Position numbers and translations under genes: made by a program | Source: Thermodesulfobacteriota bacterium | GTDB lineage: Bacteria; Desulfobacterota_D; UBA1144 | Length of the DNA stretch: 40,919 nt | Reading direction: 5' to 3' | Assembly: GCA_029246845.1 (NCBI GenBank) | Contig: JAQWMJ010000039.1 | Span: 1-40,919, forward strand | The notes under the pieces: generated by a model | Database searches by the model: none | Told to the model about the DNA's origin: nothing | What the model saw: the letters and a program-made list of their open reading frames with translations, nothing else | Part shown: one piece after another, positions 28,232 through 38,916 of the stretch | How positions within the stretch are numbered: the first letter of the stretch is position 1 | Layout of the letters: every line of letters starts with the position of its first letter

Positions 28232-31200
28232 TGGTTACTTCTCCTGCGACTTTATCTTTTTTGTCACCTAGATCTATATTCAAGCCTAAAGATTTTAGCT
28301 CATTGGTTAACACATTAAATGATTCAGGAATACCTGGCTCAAATGCAACTTTATTCTTAACAATGGAATCAAACAACCTAGTCCTTCCAATAACATCATC
28401 TGACTTAACCGTTAAGAATTCCTGGAGTGTATTTGCAGCACCATATGCTTCTAGTGCCCAAACTTCCATTTCACCTAGTCTTTGTCCTCCAAAGTGCGAC
28501 TTACCGCCCAATGGTTGCTGTGTGACCAACGAGTAAGGTCCTATTGCACGAGCGTGGATTTTTTCTTCTACCAAATGATGAAGTTTTATCATATACATAA
28601 TTCCTACAGTAACTCTTTGATCAAACGGCTCGCCTGTTTGACCGTTAAACAATACCAATTTACCATCTTCAGGCAAGTGGTTATCTTTTAATAAAGCTCT
28701 AATCTCAGATTCTTTTACACCTTCAAATATTGGTGTTTCAACAGGAACTCCGTCTATTAGCCTTTTAGATAAATCTAACAATTCGTCTTTATTAAGCTTC
28801 TTAACATTATTTATATAATCTATATTGTTTGGATATATTTTTTCTAACAAGCTCTTTAAACTGTCTAATTCAAAATCATTTTTTGCTAAATGCTCGTCAA
28901 TTTGACGACCTAGTGACTTGGATGCAAGTCCTAAATGTGTCTCTAAAATCTGTCCAACATTCATTCTCGATGGTACACCTAATGGGTTAAGTACCATGTC
29001 TACAGGTGTTCCATCTGACATGTATGGCATATCTTCTTCTGGAAGAACTCTAGAAACTACACCCTTGTTTCCATGCCTACCCGCCATCTTATCTCCAACT
29101 TGGTGCTTTCTTTTAACAGCAACATATACTTTAACTACTTTAAGAACACCTGGAGGTAAGTCGTCAGGTTTAGATAACTTCTCTATTTTTTCAGAGTACC
29201 TAGAAAGAATGCTTTCGATTTTTTCTTCGGATATTTTTAATGTTTCTTCAATTTCTTTTATCTGGCTAGATTTGTTATCAAACTCAATTGTTTGAATTTT
29301 TTCATAAGGAACTAAAGCAAAATTTTCCTCATCAATTACAGCTTCTTTCTTTATAACAACTTTTCTACCATCTCTGACAGCATTAATGTTTACTTTAGAA
29401 ATAAATATCTTTTTTAAATTATTTCGAGTCTCAACTTTAACGATATTAATTTCTTGTTCCTGATCTTTCTTTAATTCAAGAACTTCAGGTGAACCAGACC
29501 TTGATTGATCTTGTTTATCTCCAATTCTAGAAATTAAATGTTTAACATCCAAAACAATTCCATTAACACCAGGTGGAACTCTAAGTGAGGTATCTTTAAC
29601 GTCTCCAGCCTTATCTCCAAAAATTGCTCTCAGCAATCTTTCTTCTGGTGAAAGTTGTGTCTCACCTTTAGGAGATATTTTACCAACTAAAATATTATTA
29701 GGTTTGACCTCTGAGCCAATCTGTATCACTCCCTCTTTATCTAAGAATGATAAATGCTCTTCGTTAACATTTGGTATGTCTCTGGTAATTTCTTCTTTTC
29801 CTAACTTTGTTTCTCTTGATATACATTCAAATTCTTCGATATGTAATGAGGTAAAAGTATCTTTTTTAGCCAATTTTTCACTTATTAGAATAGCATCCTC
29901 GAAATTATATCCACCCCATGGCATGAACGCCACAGTTATATTCTTTCCTAAAGCAAGTTCACCATACTCAGTTGATGGACCGTCAGCTATTATATCTCCT
30001 GCTTTAATCTTCTGGCCTCTTTTAACTATTGGCTTTTGATTCCAGCATGTATTTTGATTTGATCTTTCAAACTTAATTAATGTATATATATCAGAAACAT
30101 CTCCGTCTATAGATGTCTTATCTTTTTTAATAACAATCTTTGAGGAATCAATATAATCAACATACCCAGAATTTCTTGCCAAAACTGTTACTCCGGAATC
30201 TCTGGAAATATTCCTTTCAAAACCTGTTCCAACCAATGGCGCAGATGCTCTTAAGAGAGGGACCGCTTGTCTTTGCATATTCGAGCCCATAAGAGCTCTG
30301 TTAGCATCGTCGTGCTCCAAAAAAGGAATAAGTGACGCTGATACAGATACTAATTGGGAAGGTGAAACATCCATTAACTGAGGATCTGACTTAGGTACAA
30401 CCTGAAATTCACCTTTAATCCTAACAGATATGGTATCGCCTGAAAAACTATTATCTTCATTGAGTTCTGAATTAGCTTGTGCTATTACATAATTTTCTTC
30501 TTCAAGTGCGTTCAAAAATTTTATGTTATTTGTAACTTTTCCGTTTGTAATCTCTCTATAGGGTGTCTGTATAAAGCCATGCTCGTTTATTTTAGCATAA
30601 GTACTTAAGCTTGATATAAGTCCTATATTAGGCCCCTCTGGTGTTTCAATTGGACAAATTCTTCCATAATGAGAAGAATGAACATCTCTAACTTCAAAAC
30701 CTGCCCTTTCTCTTGTTAGTCCACCAGGACCAAGAGCACTAATTCTTCTTTTATGTGTAATTTCAGATAAAGGATTTGTTTGATCCATAAACTGAGACAA
30801 TTGACCCGTAGCAAAAAATTCTTTAACTACCGAAGTAACACTCTTAGGTATTACAATCTCTTGAGGCGTAAGATCTTCTAATTGACCATAATTCATTTTT
30901 TCTTTAGTTGTTCTCGTTAACCTTTCAACCCCAGTAAAGAACCTATCTTCGATAAGTTCACCAACAGTTCTAACTCTCCTGTTCCCTAAGTGATCAATGT
31001 CATCTACTTCACCCCTACCTGACTTAAGTGCCAGTAGGTATTTAAATGATTCAACTATATCTAGTCTATCAAGATGGAATTTATTATTTGCAATTCCATG
31101 ATTAAGCTTGTGATTTATCTTCATTCTTCCAACTTTTGAAAGTCTATATGTATCCTCATTGAAGAACATATTCTCAAAAAAAGTTGCGGCAATTTTGTCA

Positions 31201-32405
31201 GTTGGGGGATCAGTAGGTCTAAACTTTTTATATATCTCTGATATTGCATGCTCTTTAGTTATAACTTTTGTTTTGGAAATCATTTCATTAATTGTAATAA
31301 CAAGTGAGCTAGTGAATGAGCTATTGTCTACATAGTAAATATTGAATTCGGTAATCTTATTTTCTTTAATAAATTCAATAGTTTTTTCATCTATCTCATT
31401 AATCAATGAGTTCTCAACAGCTTCAGGTTCCTCACTATTTTTTTCAAAATTCTCTACTAAATACATTCCTAATAAGTCGTCTTCAGTTATTGGTAAGGAT
31501 TTTAATTTAGCAGATTTTATTTTTTCAATAACTCTATCAGAGAACCTTCTTGTAGCACTAACTATTCTTTCACCGGTGTCAGGATCAAGTATATCAACAG
31601 ACGCTCTTTGATAGGAAAGGAGGCTTGAGTTAATATCTTTACTAAAAGTATCAGTGCTAGGGTCGTAATTAACTTTTTCATGTGAATAAAAAGAATTGAG
31701 TATATCTTCTATTGATTCACCCAGCGCTAACAACAATAAAGTTGAATGAAACTTCTTCTTTCTATCAATTCTTACATGTAGAACATCTTTTGAATCAAAT
31801 TCGAAATCTAACCAGCGTCCATCCTGGGGAACTATCCTTGCAGTAAAAGATGTTTTATTTGTAGTTGTTAAATTTTTAGAATCTTTTTGAGAATCAAAGA
31901 AAACTCCAGGAGATCTATGTAACTGATTGACTATAACTCTCTCAGTACCATTAATAATAAAGGCACCATTGGTTGTCATAATCGGGATTTCACCAAAATA
32001 GACTTCTTGTTCAATAGCTCTTCCAAATCTTCTTGTTTCAAGAATATTATTTCCAGACTCATCTAAATCGAATTCCCATGTAACCAGCTGGAAAGTGGCA
32101 TGAATTGAAGATTGATAATTATACCCTTTCAATTTACATTCGGATTCTGAGTGTTTTGGATCTTCTAATCGATAAGAGACATAATTTAATGTAGCTCTTT
32201 TATTATAGTCTTCTATTGGGAAAGAAGACTTAAAAACCTTCTCTAGGCCAACATTTAGCCTATTTTTAGGGTCTAAACCTTTTTGAATTAAGTTGTCAAA
32301 AGACTCCTTTTGAACACTCAACAAATCAGGGGTATCTGCCCTATTCTCAGACTTATTACTAAAATTAATTCTTTTCTTTGTTAAAAGTATATTATCCTTA
32401 TACAA
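28224..32405 (-). CDS. rpoB: RNA polymerase beta subunit (TTG start)
   Basis: [32 protein letters not shown] and [16 protein letters not shown] motifs. AAGGAG SD before TTG 32405. Confidence 0.99.
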   Translation of the reverse strand: MYKDNILLTKKRINFSNKSENRADTPDLLSVQKESFDNLIQKGLDPKNRLNVGLEKVFKSSFPIEDYNKRATLNYVSYRLEDPKHSESECKLKGYNYQSSIHATFQLVTWEFDLDESGNNILETRRFGRAIEQEVYFGEIPIMTTNGAFIINGTERVIVNQLHRSPGVFFDSQKDSKNLTTTNKTSFTARIVPQDGRWLDFEFDSKDVLHVRIDRKKKFHSTLLLLALGESIEDILNSFYSHEKVNYDPSTDTFSKDINSSLLSYQRASVDILDPDTGERIVSATRRFSDRVIEKIKSAKLKSLPITEDDLLGMYLVENFEKNSEEPEAVENSLINEIDEKTIEFIKENKITEFNIYYVDNSSFTSSLVITINEMISKTKVITKEHAISEIYKKFRPTDPPTDKIAATFFENMFFNEDTYRLSKVGRMKINHKLNHGIANNKFHLDRLDIVESFKYLLALKSGRGEVDDIDHLGNRRVRTVGELIEDRFFTGVERLTRTTKEKMNYGQLEDLTPQEIVIPKSVTSVVKEFFATGQLSQFMDQTNPLSEITHKRRISALGPGGLTRERAGFEVRDVHSSHYGRICPIETPEGPNIGLISSLSTYAKINEHGFIQTPYREITNGKVTNNIKFLNALEEENYVIAQANSELNEDNSFSGDTISVRIKGEFQVVPKSDPQLMDVSPSQLVSVSASLIPFLEHDDANRALMGSNMQRQAVPLLRASAPLVGTGFERNISRDSGVTVLARNSGYVDYIDSSKIVIKKDKTSIDGDVSDIYTLIKFERSNQNTCWNQKPIVKRGQKIKAGDIIADGPSTEYGELALGKNITVAFMPWGGYNFEDAILISEKLAKKDTFTSLHIEEFECISRETKLGKEEITRDIPNVNEEHLSFLDKEGVIQIGSEVKPNNILVGKISPKGETQLSPEERLLRAIFGDKAGDVKDTSLRVPPGVNGIVLDVKHLISRIGDKQDQSRSGSPEVLELKKDQEQEINIVKVETRNNLKKIFISKVNINAVRDGRKVVIKKEAVIDEENFALVPYEKIQTIEFDNKSSQIKEIEETLKISEEKIESILSRYSEKIEKLSKPDDLPPGVLKVVKVYVAVKRKHQVGDKMAGRHGNKGVVSRVLPEEDMPYMSDGTPVDMVLNPLGVPSRMNVGQILETHLGLASKSLGRQIDEHLAKNDFELDSLKSLLEKIYPNNIDYINNVKKLNKDELLDLSKRLIDGVPVETPIFEGVKESEIRALLKDNHLPEDGKLVLFNGQTGEPFDQRVTVGIMYMIKLHHLVEEKIHARAIGPYSLVTQQPLGGKSHFGGQRLGEMEVWALEAYGAANTLQEFLTVKSDDVIGRTRLFDSIVKNKVAFEPGIPESFNVLTNELKSLGLNIDLGDKKDKVAGEVTND

Positions 32406-32444
32406 AAAATACTCTCCTTGGATTAAACAAAATGTAGACTAAGA

Positions 32445-32825
32445 CTAAGCTAATGTTACTTTAGCGCCAACTTCTTCGAGTCTTTTCTTCATTTCTTCTG
32501 CTTCCTCTTTTTTAACCCCTTCTTTGAGTGGTTTAGGTGCAGATTCTACAAGCTCTTTTGCTTCTTTTAATCCAAGAGCAGTAATTTCTCTAACAATCTT
32601 AATAACCTTGATCTTTTCAGACCCAGCCTCAGCTAAAGTTATATCAAATTCAGTTTTTTCAGCAGCGGGAGCTTCTCCCCCAGCGGCTGGTGCGGCAGCA
32701 ACTGCAACAGGTGCAACAGCTTCTACTCCAAATTTTTCCTCTATATCCTTTACTAGCTCTGAAATTTCCAGCAAACTAGCTTTTTCTAGATAAGTAATGA
32801 CGTCTTGTTTTGATAGTTCAGGCAT
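32445..32825 (-). CDS. rplL: 50S ribosomal protein L7/L12
   Basis: EEKFGV, Ala-rich hinge, EKTEF, KIKVIK and [18 protein letters not shown]. Confidence 0.99.
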   Translation of the reverse strand: MPELSKQDVITYLEKASLLEISELVKDIEEKFGVEAVAPVAVAAAPAAGGEAPAAEKTEFDITLAEAGSEKIKVIKIVREITALGLKEAKELVESAPKPLKEGVKKEEAEEMKKRLEEVGAKVTLA

Positions 32826-32851
32826 AAAAATCCTCCAAATATTGAATTCGT

Positions 32852-32880
32852 ATTATATACGTTTATTTTTTATCTTTCAA
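32852..32880 (-). promoter_or_regulatory. Near-consensus sigma70 promoter for rplL-rpoB-rpoC, with -35 inside the rplJ 3' end
   Basis: TTGAAA (32880-32875), 17 nt spacer, TATAAT (32857-32852). Confidence 0.65.
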
Positions 32881-33378
32881 GTTATTTAAAACATTTACTA
32901 AGTTTCTAGGGATTGCCTTAGATACATTAATAAACTTAACAATTGGCTGGTTAAGCATAGATATCATCTGGCTAATTAAAACTTCTCTAGATGGTAACTT
33001 GGATATCTTTTCCAATTCAGCCTTATCTACGGATTTGCCTTCAATAAAACCAACTCGAATTTCAAGGTTTGGAAAGTCTTTCTCTATTTCAACAAATGTC
33101 TTAGTTACTTCAACATAATTTTCTTCTAGGAAAGTAATAGCTGTTTCACCAACGGAATCTGTAAAGATTGATTCAAAGTCTGTATTTTCAGAAGCTTTTT
33201 TTAGAAGATTATTTTTTACAACTGTTAACACAGCATTATTATCCCTAAGCTTCTTTCTTAAAAGCTCGAATTCAGATACTTTTGCACCCCTAAAGTTTAC
33301 CAATAAAAACGAAGGAGTATCTGAAAATGAGCTCTTAAAGTTGTTTACAATTTGCTCTTTTTGTTGTTTCCCTAACAT
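32863..33378 (-). CDS. rplJ: 50S ribosomal protein L10
   Basis: LRKKLR...VVKNNL and KLPSREVLISQ motifs. Sits between rplA and rplL. Confidence 0.95.
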   Translation of the reverse strand: MLGKQQKEQIVNNFKSSFSDTPSFLLVNFRGAKVSEFELLRKKLRDNNAVLTVVKNNLLKKASENTDFESIFTDSVGETAITFLEENYVEVTKTFVEIEKDFPNLEIRVGFIEGKSVDKAELEKISKLPSREVLISQMISMLNQPIVKFINVSKAIPRNLVNVLNNLKDKK

Positions 33379-33382
33379 TAAA

Positions 33383-34114
33383 CTAAGCTATAGCTCCATT
33401 ATATTTCTTAAGTTCTTCTTTCAGTAATGAAATATCTATTTTAAAACCTGGCCCCATAGTACTAGAAACGCTAACCTTCTTAAGATAGTTGCCTTTAGAA
33501 GATGCAGGCTTTGACTTATTCAATGACTGAACTAAGAAGTATAGATTATCCATAATTTTTGCAAATTCAAATGATTTTTTACCACAAGGAAAATTTACTA
33601 GTCCTAATTTGTCATTTTTTATCTCTATTCTTCCCGCTTTTGCGTCTTTTATAGCCTTTTCAACATTACTTGTTACAGTTCCCATCTTAGGACTAGGCAT
33701 CAAACCCTTGGGTCCTAAAACTTGGCCTAGCTTAGCGACCTTAGGCATCAACTCTGGAATCGCAATTACTACATCAAAGTCAGTCCATTTTTCTGTGATA
33801 ATTTTTTCAATAATGTCCTCTGATCCTACAAAGTCAGCTCCTGATTCTTCAGCTTTCTTTGTATGTTCGCCATTACAGATTACTAAAATCTTTATCTTTT
33901 TACCTAAAGGGTTAGGTGGAACAGTTGCTATCTTTATTTGCTGATCATTTTTTTTAGGGTCTATTCCAAGCTGAATAGATAAATCTATAGTTTCATCAAA
34001 TTTTGAAGTTGTAAGACTTTTAATTATCTCAATTGCTTCACTTGGTGAGTAGTGCTTATTTTTATCAACTCTTTGATCTTCTATAATAATTTTTTTATTT
34101 TTACTTATTTTCAT
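33383..34114 (-). CDS. rplA: 50S ribosomal protein L1
   Basis: KFDETI, LGPKGLMPSPKMGTV and SSTMGPG motifs. Confidence 0.98.
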   Translation of the reverse strand: MKISKNKKIIIEDQRVDKNKHYSPSEAIEIIKSLTTSKFDETIDLSIQLGIDPKKNDQQIKIATVPPNPLGKKIKILVICNGEHTKKAEESGADFVGSEDIIEKIITEKWTDFDVVIAIPELMPKVAKLGQVLGPKGLMPSPKMGTVTSNVEKAIKDAKAGRIEIKNDKLGLVNFPCGKKSFEFAKIMDNLYFLVQSLNKSKPASSKGNYLKKVSVSSTMGPGFKIDISLLKEELKKYNGAIA

Positions 34115-34122
34115 TACTTCAC

Positions 34123-34542
34123 CTATCCTTTTATTTCAACTCCCATACTTTTTGCTGTACCTTCTACAATCTTCTTTGCAGCATCTATATCATTGGCATT
34201 TATATCATCCATCTTAGTCTTTGCAATTTCCTCCAACTGACTTTCAGATATCTTGCCAACTTTAACTAGTGGTACAGTACTTGAACCTTTTTCAATTTTT
34301 GCAGCTTTTTTAATTAAATATGACACAGGAGGGGTCTTGACTATAAAAGAGAAAGACTTATCAGAATAGACTGTTACCACAACCGGAAGCAAGCCTTCTA
34401 GTTTTTCTGTTTGTGAATTAAAAGCTTTACAGAACTCCATTATATTTATACCTTTTTGCCCTAAGGCTGGACCTATAGGGGGAGCCGGCGATGCCTTTCC
34501 TGCCTCACATAATAATTTTAAAGATCCTTGAACTTTTTTCAT
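34123..34542 (-). CDS. rplK: 50S ribosomal protein L11
   Basis: [18 protein letters not shown] and GTAKSMG motifs. Confidence 0.98.
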   Translation of the reverse strand: MKKVQGSLKLLCEAGKASPAPPIGPALGQKGINIMEFCKAFNSQTEKLEGLLPVVVTVYSDKSFSFIVKTPPVSYLIKKAAKIEKGSSTVPLVKVGKISESQLEEIAKTKMDDINANDIDAAKKIVEGTAKSMGVEIKG

Positions 34543-35100
34543 TTAAATTTTCTCCACTTGATTAAAGTCTAAATCTATTGGTGTTGCCCTACCAAAGATT
34601 TCCACTAAAACTTGAATTTTTCCCTTCTCCATTTTAACTTCTTCTACCACACCTGTAAAATTCTCAAAAGGTCCTTCAATTACTTTAATAGACTCGCCTT
34701 TATCGAAGATAACTTTTGGTGTAGGCTTAAGTGTTCCCTCTTCAATTTTATTCCTCATTTTATTAATTTCAGACTCATCTACAGTAGGTACTGACTCTAC
34801 AAGCAGTTTACCATCTTTTACCTTACCACCTACAAAGCCAATGACTTTAGGAATGTTTCTCAAAAAATGCCATGATTCCTCATTAAGTTCAGTTTTAACT
34901 AAAAGATATCCTGGAAAAAATTTCTTCTCAGAAGTTTTCTTTCTCCCACCTTTTAATTGCTCTTCAATTGTTTCAGTTGGTACAAGAATATCAGTAATCA
35001 AATCAAGACAATTGTCCATCTTCATTTGAGTATTTATATATCTTTTAACTGTATCTTCCGATCCAGTATTACAGTGAACAACATACCACTTATCTGCCAT
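34543..35100 (-). CDS. nusG: Transcription termination/antitermination factor NusG
   Basis: KWYVVH, FFPGYLLV and KOW domain (EGPFENFTG...IFGRATP). Confidence 0.98.
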   Translation of the reverse strand: MADKWYVVHCNTGSEDTVKRYINTQMKMDNCLDLITDILVPTETIEEQLKGGRKKTSEKKFFPGYLLVKTELNEESWHFLRNIPKVIGFVGGKVKDGKLLVESVPTVDESEINKMRNKIEEGTLKPTPKVIFDKGESIKVIEGPFENFTGVVEEVKMEKGKIQVLVEIFGRATPIDLDFNQVEKI

Positions 35101-35280
35101 TTATTTACCACCCAACAGTAATTCTGTTATTGAAGAAAAAACGAAATCAACTATTAACAAAAAAACTCCTAATATAATAGTTACAAGGACAACTCCACCC
35201 GTTGACTTTATATTCTCTCTCTTGTTTATCCAAGAGATTTTACCTAATTCTGATTTAATATCATCAAAAAATTTTTTCAT
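35101..35280 (-). CDS. secE: Preprotein translocase subunit SecE (59 aa, single TM)
   Basis: Hand translation MKKFFDDIKSELGKISWINKRENIKSTGGVVLVTIILGVFLLIVDFVFSSITELLLGGK. Abuts nusG. Not in the ORF track. Confidence 0.93.
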   Translation of the reverse strand: MKKFFDDIKSELGKISWINKRENIKSTGGVVLVTIILGVFLLIVDFVFSSITELLLGGK

Positions 35281-35281
35281 T

Positions 35282-35734
35282 TTACTCCGCGAAATTTATA
35301 TTCTCAATTTGCTTTAATTTATTTAGCCTTATATCATGTCTTCCTGCCTCATAATCAGTTGTTAGCCAAAGCTCAATTATATTCTTAGCAACATCTACCG
35401 AAACATACTTTGAACCCAAAGTTATTATATTTGAATTATTATGTGCTCTAGACATAATGGCCAAATTAACATCATTTGCAACTACTGCTCTAACATTAGG
35501 GTATTTATTTGCAACAATATTCATTCCTGAACCTGAGGCACATATTAGTATTCCCCTGTCATATTGACCCTGTGAAACTTTCAAGGAAACCTCAGCAGCT
35601 GAGTCAGGATAGTCAGAACTCTCTTCCGAGAAAGCCCCAAAGTCCTTATAGTTAAAACCTAGTTTTTGAATATAGTCTTTTAAATCTTCTTTTAAACTGA
35701 AGCCTCTATGGTCAGAACCTATCGCGATTTTCAT
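35282..35734 (-). CDS. rpiB: Ribose-5-phosphate isomerase B
   Basis: IGSDHRG, DYPD, ILICASGSG, ANK, RAHNNSN and GRH motifs. Confidence 0.95.
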   Translation of the reverse strand: MKIAIGSDHRGFSLKEDLKDYIQKLGFNYKDFGAFSEESSDYPDSAAEVSLKVSQGQYDRGILICASGSGMNIVANKYPNVRAVVANDVNLAIMSRAHNNSNIITLGSKYVSVDVAKNIIELWLTTDYEAGRHDIRLNKLKQIENINFAE

Positions 35735-35736
35735 TA

Positions 35737-36972
35737 TTAATCCTCAAACTTCTTAAATATCAAAGTGCAGTTAGTTCCACCGAATCCAAACGAATTACTA
35801 ACAGCAATCTTTATATCTTTCTCAATCGTATTGTGAGGAACGTAATTTAAATCACATCCTTCTTGAGGATTATCCAAATTAATAGTTGGAGGAACGACAC
35901 CTTCGCTAAGAGCAAGCGATGTAATTCCAGCCTCTAGTCCACCAGCTGCTCCCAACAAATGTCCTGTTATAGACTTTGTAGAGCTTACTAATAATTCTTT
36001 TGAGTAAGAACCAAATACTTTTTTTATTGCATTTGTTTCATTTATATCATTTTGTTGAGTAGAAGTACCATGAGCATTGATATAGTCAACTTGCTCTGGG
36101 TTAATTTTGGAATTTCTTAATGCAGACTCCATACATATAACAGGTCCATCAATATTGGGTGAAGTAATATGGTGAGCATCTCCACTAAAACCAGAACCTA
36201 TAAGTTCCGCATATATCTTAGCTCCCCTTTTTTTAGCATGCTCAAGTTCCTCGAGTACAACCAAACCAGAGCCTTCGCCCATAACAAAGCCATCTCTATC
36301 CTTATCAAATGGTCTAGATGCAGCACTTGGATCTTCATTTCTTGTTGAGATTGCTCTCATAACATTAAAACCTGCAATCGCTACATGAACTAAGGGTGCC
36401 TCCGCACCACCAGCTACCATTGCAACAGCATCCCCTCTTTCTATCATCATTGCTGCATAGCCTATTGAATGAGCTCCAGCAGCGCATGCTGTACATGCAG
36501 CACAGTTTGGACCTTTTAAATTATTAAATATTGAAACGTATCCAGCTGCCATATTAGGCACCATAGATGGAACAAAGAAAGGTGAAACTCTTGTCGGACC
36601 TTTGTCATTATAGACAAGAGTATTATCTACAAAAGTTTGTATCCCACCTATTCCAGAACCTATATAGGATCCGACTAAGTGAGAGTTGTCGTCTGTTATC
36701 TCTAATTTTGAATCTTTTAATGCTAAAGCTGCGGCCGCTACGGCAAAACGTATGAAAGGGTCACTTCTTCTTGCTTCCTTGGCATCCATAAAGTCTTCTG
36801 GATTAAAATCTTCTGAAACTTCAGCTCCAAACTTAGTTTTCAAATCGGATGCATCAACTTTTTTTAAAAAATTAACACCAGAGGTACCCTCTTTTATTTT
36901 GGGCCAAATCTCATCAACTCCCACACCTAGGGACGACAACATTCCAATTCCAGTAATTACAACTCTTTTCAT
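35737..36972 (-). CDS. fabF: 3-oxoacyl-ACP synthase II
   Basis: TAC catalytic Cys, INAHGTST, KSITGHLLGAAG and NSFGFGG motifs. Confidence 0.97.
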   Translation of the reverse strand: MKRVVITGIGMLSSLGVGVDEIWPKIKEGTSGVNFLKKVDASDLKTKFGAEVSEDFNPEDFMDAKEARRSDPFIRFAVAAAALALKDSKLEITDDNSHLVGSYIGSGIGGIQTFVDNTLVYNDKGPTRVSPFFVPSMVPNMAAGYVSIFNNLKGPNCAACTACAAGAHSIGYAAMMIERGDAVAMVAGGAEAPLVHVAIAGFNVMRAISTRNEDPSAASRPFDKDRDGFVMGEGSGLVVLEELEHAKKRGAKIYAELIGSGFSGDAHHITSPNIDGPVICMESALRNSKINPEQVDYINAHGTSTQQNDINETNAIKKVFGSYSKELLVSSTKSITGHLLGAAGGLEAGITSLALSEGVVPPTINLDNPQEGCDLNYVPHNTIEKDIKIAVSNSFGFGGTNCTLIFKKFED

Positions 36973-36977
36973 ATCTT

Positions 36978-37217
36978 TTACTTTTGATTCTTAATTATGT
37001 AATCGACAGCATCGCTTACCTTAAGAATTTTTTCTGCGTCCTCATCAGCAATTTCAACACCGAACTCGTCTTCCATGCTCATAATAAGCTCAACCAAATC
37101 TAAAGAGTCGGCTCCTAGATCTTCAATAAATTGAGCATCTAATGTTACCGCGTCTTCACTTTTGCCTAACTGTTCTGCAATTAGGGCTACAACCTTCTGT
37201 TTAGTTTCTTCTGACAT
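36978..37217 (-). CDS. acpP: Acyl carrier protein
   Basis: DLGADSLD phosphopantetheine site. GGAGG SD. Confidence 0.98.
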   Translation of the reverse strand: MSEETKQKVVALIAEQLGKSEDAVTLDAQFIEDLGADSLDLVELIMSMEDEFGVEIADEDAEKILKVSDAVDYIIKNQK

Positions 37218-37229
37218 AATAGTCCTCCA

Positions 37230-37970
37230 TTAAGTGTATAAACCACCGTTAATTTTTAAAACTTCTCCAGTTATATATGATGAATCATCTGAAGCTAAAA
37301 ACAATACAGCTTTAGCAACATCTTCTGGCTTTCCAAATCTTGAAAGCGGAATTATTTCTTTATATTTATCTTTAATACTATCTGATAAAACTTCTGTTAT
37401 GTCTGTTTCAATAAAGCCAGGGGTAATTGCGTTAACATTTATATTTTTTGAGCCTAATTCTTTAGCTAAGGACTTTGTAAACCCAATCAGCGCAGACTTG
37501 GTTGAAGAATAATTAACTTGACCAGGATTGCCCATCTCACCTACTACTGAGGATATATTAATTATTTTTCCATATTGATTTTTTAACATCATCCTAACAA
37601 CATTCTTTGTACAATTGAAAACACCTTTAGTATTGGTTTCAAAAACTTCATCCCACTGACTTTCCTTCATTCTCATAAAGAGAGAATCTCTGGTGATGCC
37701 TGCGTTATTAACTAAAATATCAATTTTCTCATATTTCTCAATTAAATATTTTATCTTTTCTTCCACAATAGAATAATCTGATACATCAAATTCTACAACT
37801 TCACCCTTACCATTACCTTGCACTATTTCTTCTAGCACCTTAAGAGCCGAATCTTTAGAGTTAGCATAGTTAATAAGCACAGTTGCACCCGCCTTGGCTA
37901 ATTCTTTACAGATTGAACTACCTATTCCCCTAGACCCACCTGTAACTAATGCAATCTTATCTTTTAACAT
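37230..37970 (-). CDS. fabG: 3-oxoacyl-ACP reductase
   Basis: TGGSRGIG, NNAGITRD, YxxxK (YSSTK) and PGFIETD motifs. Confidence 0.97.
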   Translation of the reverse strand: MLKDKIALVTGGSRGIGSSICKELAKAGATVLINYANSKDSALKVLEEIVQGNGKGEVVEFDVSDYSIVEEKIKYLIEKYEKIDILVNNAGITRDSLFMRMKESQWDEVFETNTKGVFNCTKNVVRMMLKNQYGKIINISSVVGEMGNPGQVNYSSTKSALIGFTKSLAKELGSKNINVNAITPGFIETDITEVLSDSIKDKYKEIIPLSRFGKPEDVAKAVLFLASDDSSYITGEVLKINGGLYT

Positions 37971-37971
37971 T

Positions 37972-38886
37972 TTAGATTTTTTCCAAATCAGCTTTTTCGC
38001 CGAAGTTTAAAGTTTCGCAGTCTGGCACTATTCTTTTTATTAAACCGGTCAAAACATTTTTAGGGCCGACTTCCATAAATGACTTTACTCCTAAGTTTGA
38101 ATTCAAATAATTTATTGATTGGTGCCAAAGAACAGGACTTATTAATTGATCAAGTAATAAATTTTTAATTTTACTCTTATCACTGATAGTTTTGGCATCA
38201 AAATTAGTAACCATAGGGATCTTAAAATCTAAAAAATTAATACCGTCTAAAACACCTCTCATTTTATCGACTGCTGATTTCATCAGCTTAGAATGAAACG
38301 GGGCACTAACGTCTAAAAGAACTACTCTTTTAGCACCTGCATCTTTTGCAAGTTTTGCGGCATTTTCTACTGCTTTCTTTACTCCCGAAATAACAACTTG
38401 TCCTATACTATTATAATTTGCAGCAGAAACATATGAGTTATTATTAGAGGCCTCATTGCAAATTTTGTCTACTTCTTTATCCGGTAAACCCAATACTGCC
38501 GCCATTCCGCCTATTCCTATAGGCACAGCCTCTTGAGTATATTCTCCTCTTTTTCTAACAGCCCAGATTGCATCTTCAAAATCTAAAGATCCCGATGCGA
38601 CCAAGGCAGAATACTCACCTAAACTATGGCCAGCTACAAAATCAGCCTTTATTTCTCTTTCTGATGTTAAAACTCTAAAAGCTGCTGTGCTTACGGTTAA
38701 GATTGCTGGTTGAGCATTAACTGTTAAGTGAACATCCTCAGATTCAAAACATAGTTTTTTTAAATCTAGATTAAGCTTATCGCTTGCTTGTGCAAAGGTG
38801 TCTCTTGCAACTTTAAAATTATCATAAAGATCTTTACCCATGCCCACATATTGGGAACCTTGCCCAGGAAAAACTAAACTCAGCAA
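37972..38886 (-). CDS. fabD: Malonyl-CoA-ACP transacylase (TTG start)
   Basis: FPGQGSQ, GHSLGEY, SAPFHS and EVGP motifs. AGGGG SD. Confidence 0.97.
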   Translation of the reverse strand: MLSLVFPGQGSQYVGMGKDLYDNFKVARDTFAQASDKLNLDLKKLCFESEDVHLTVNAQPAILTVSTAAFRVLTSEREIKADFVAGHSLGEYSALVASGSLDFEDAIWAVRKRGEYTQEAVPIGIGGMAAVLGLPDKEVDKICNEASNNNSYVSAANYNSIGQVVISGVKKAVENAAKLAKDAGAKRVVLLDVSAPFHSKLMKSAVDKMRGVLDGINFLDFKIPMVTNFDAKTISDKSKIKNLLLDQLISPVLWHQSINYLNSNLGVKSFMEVGPKNVLTGLIKRIVPDCETLNFGEKADLEKI

Positions 38887-38916
38887 AATAAACTTCCCCT
38901 TATAAGGGTAAATGGA

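Noticed and set aside
30720..30820. RpoB rifampicin-resistance region
   Set aside because: The D516, H526 and S531 equivalents are wild type. Likewise S12 K42/K87 and the L11 proline motif are unchanged.
35100..35290. tRNA genes expected near secE
   Set aside because: The space is entirely filled by secE and rpiB. No intergenic gap in the window is long enough for a tRNA, and no cloverleaf motifs were seen.
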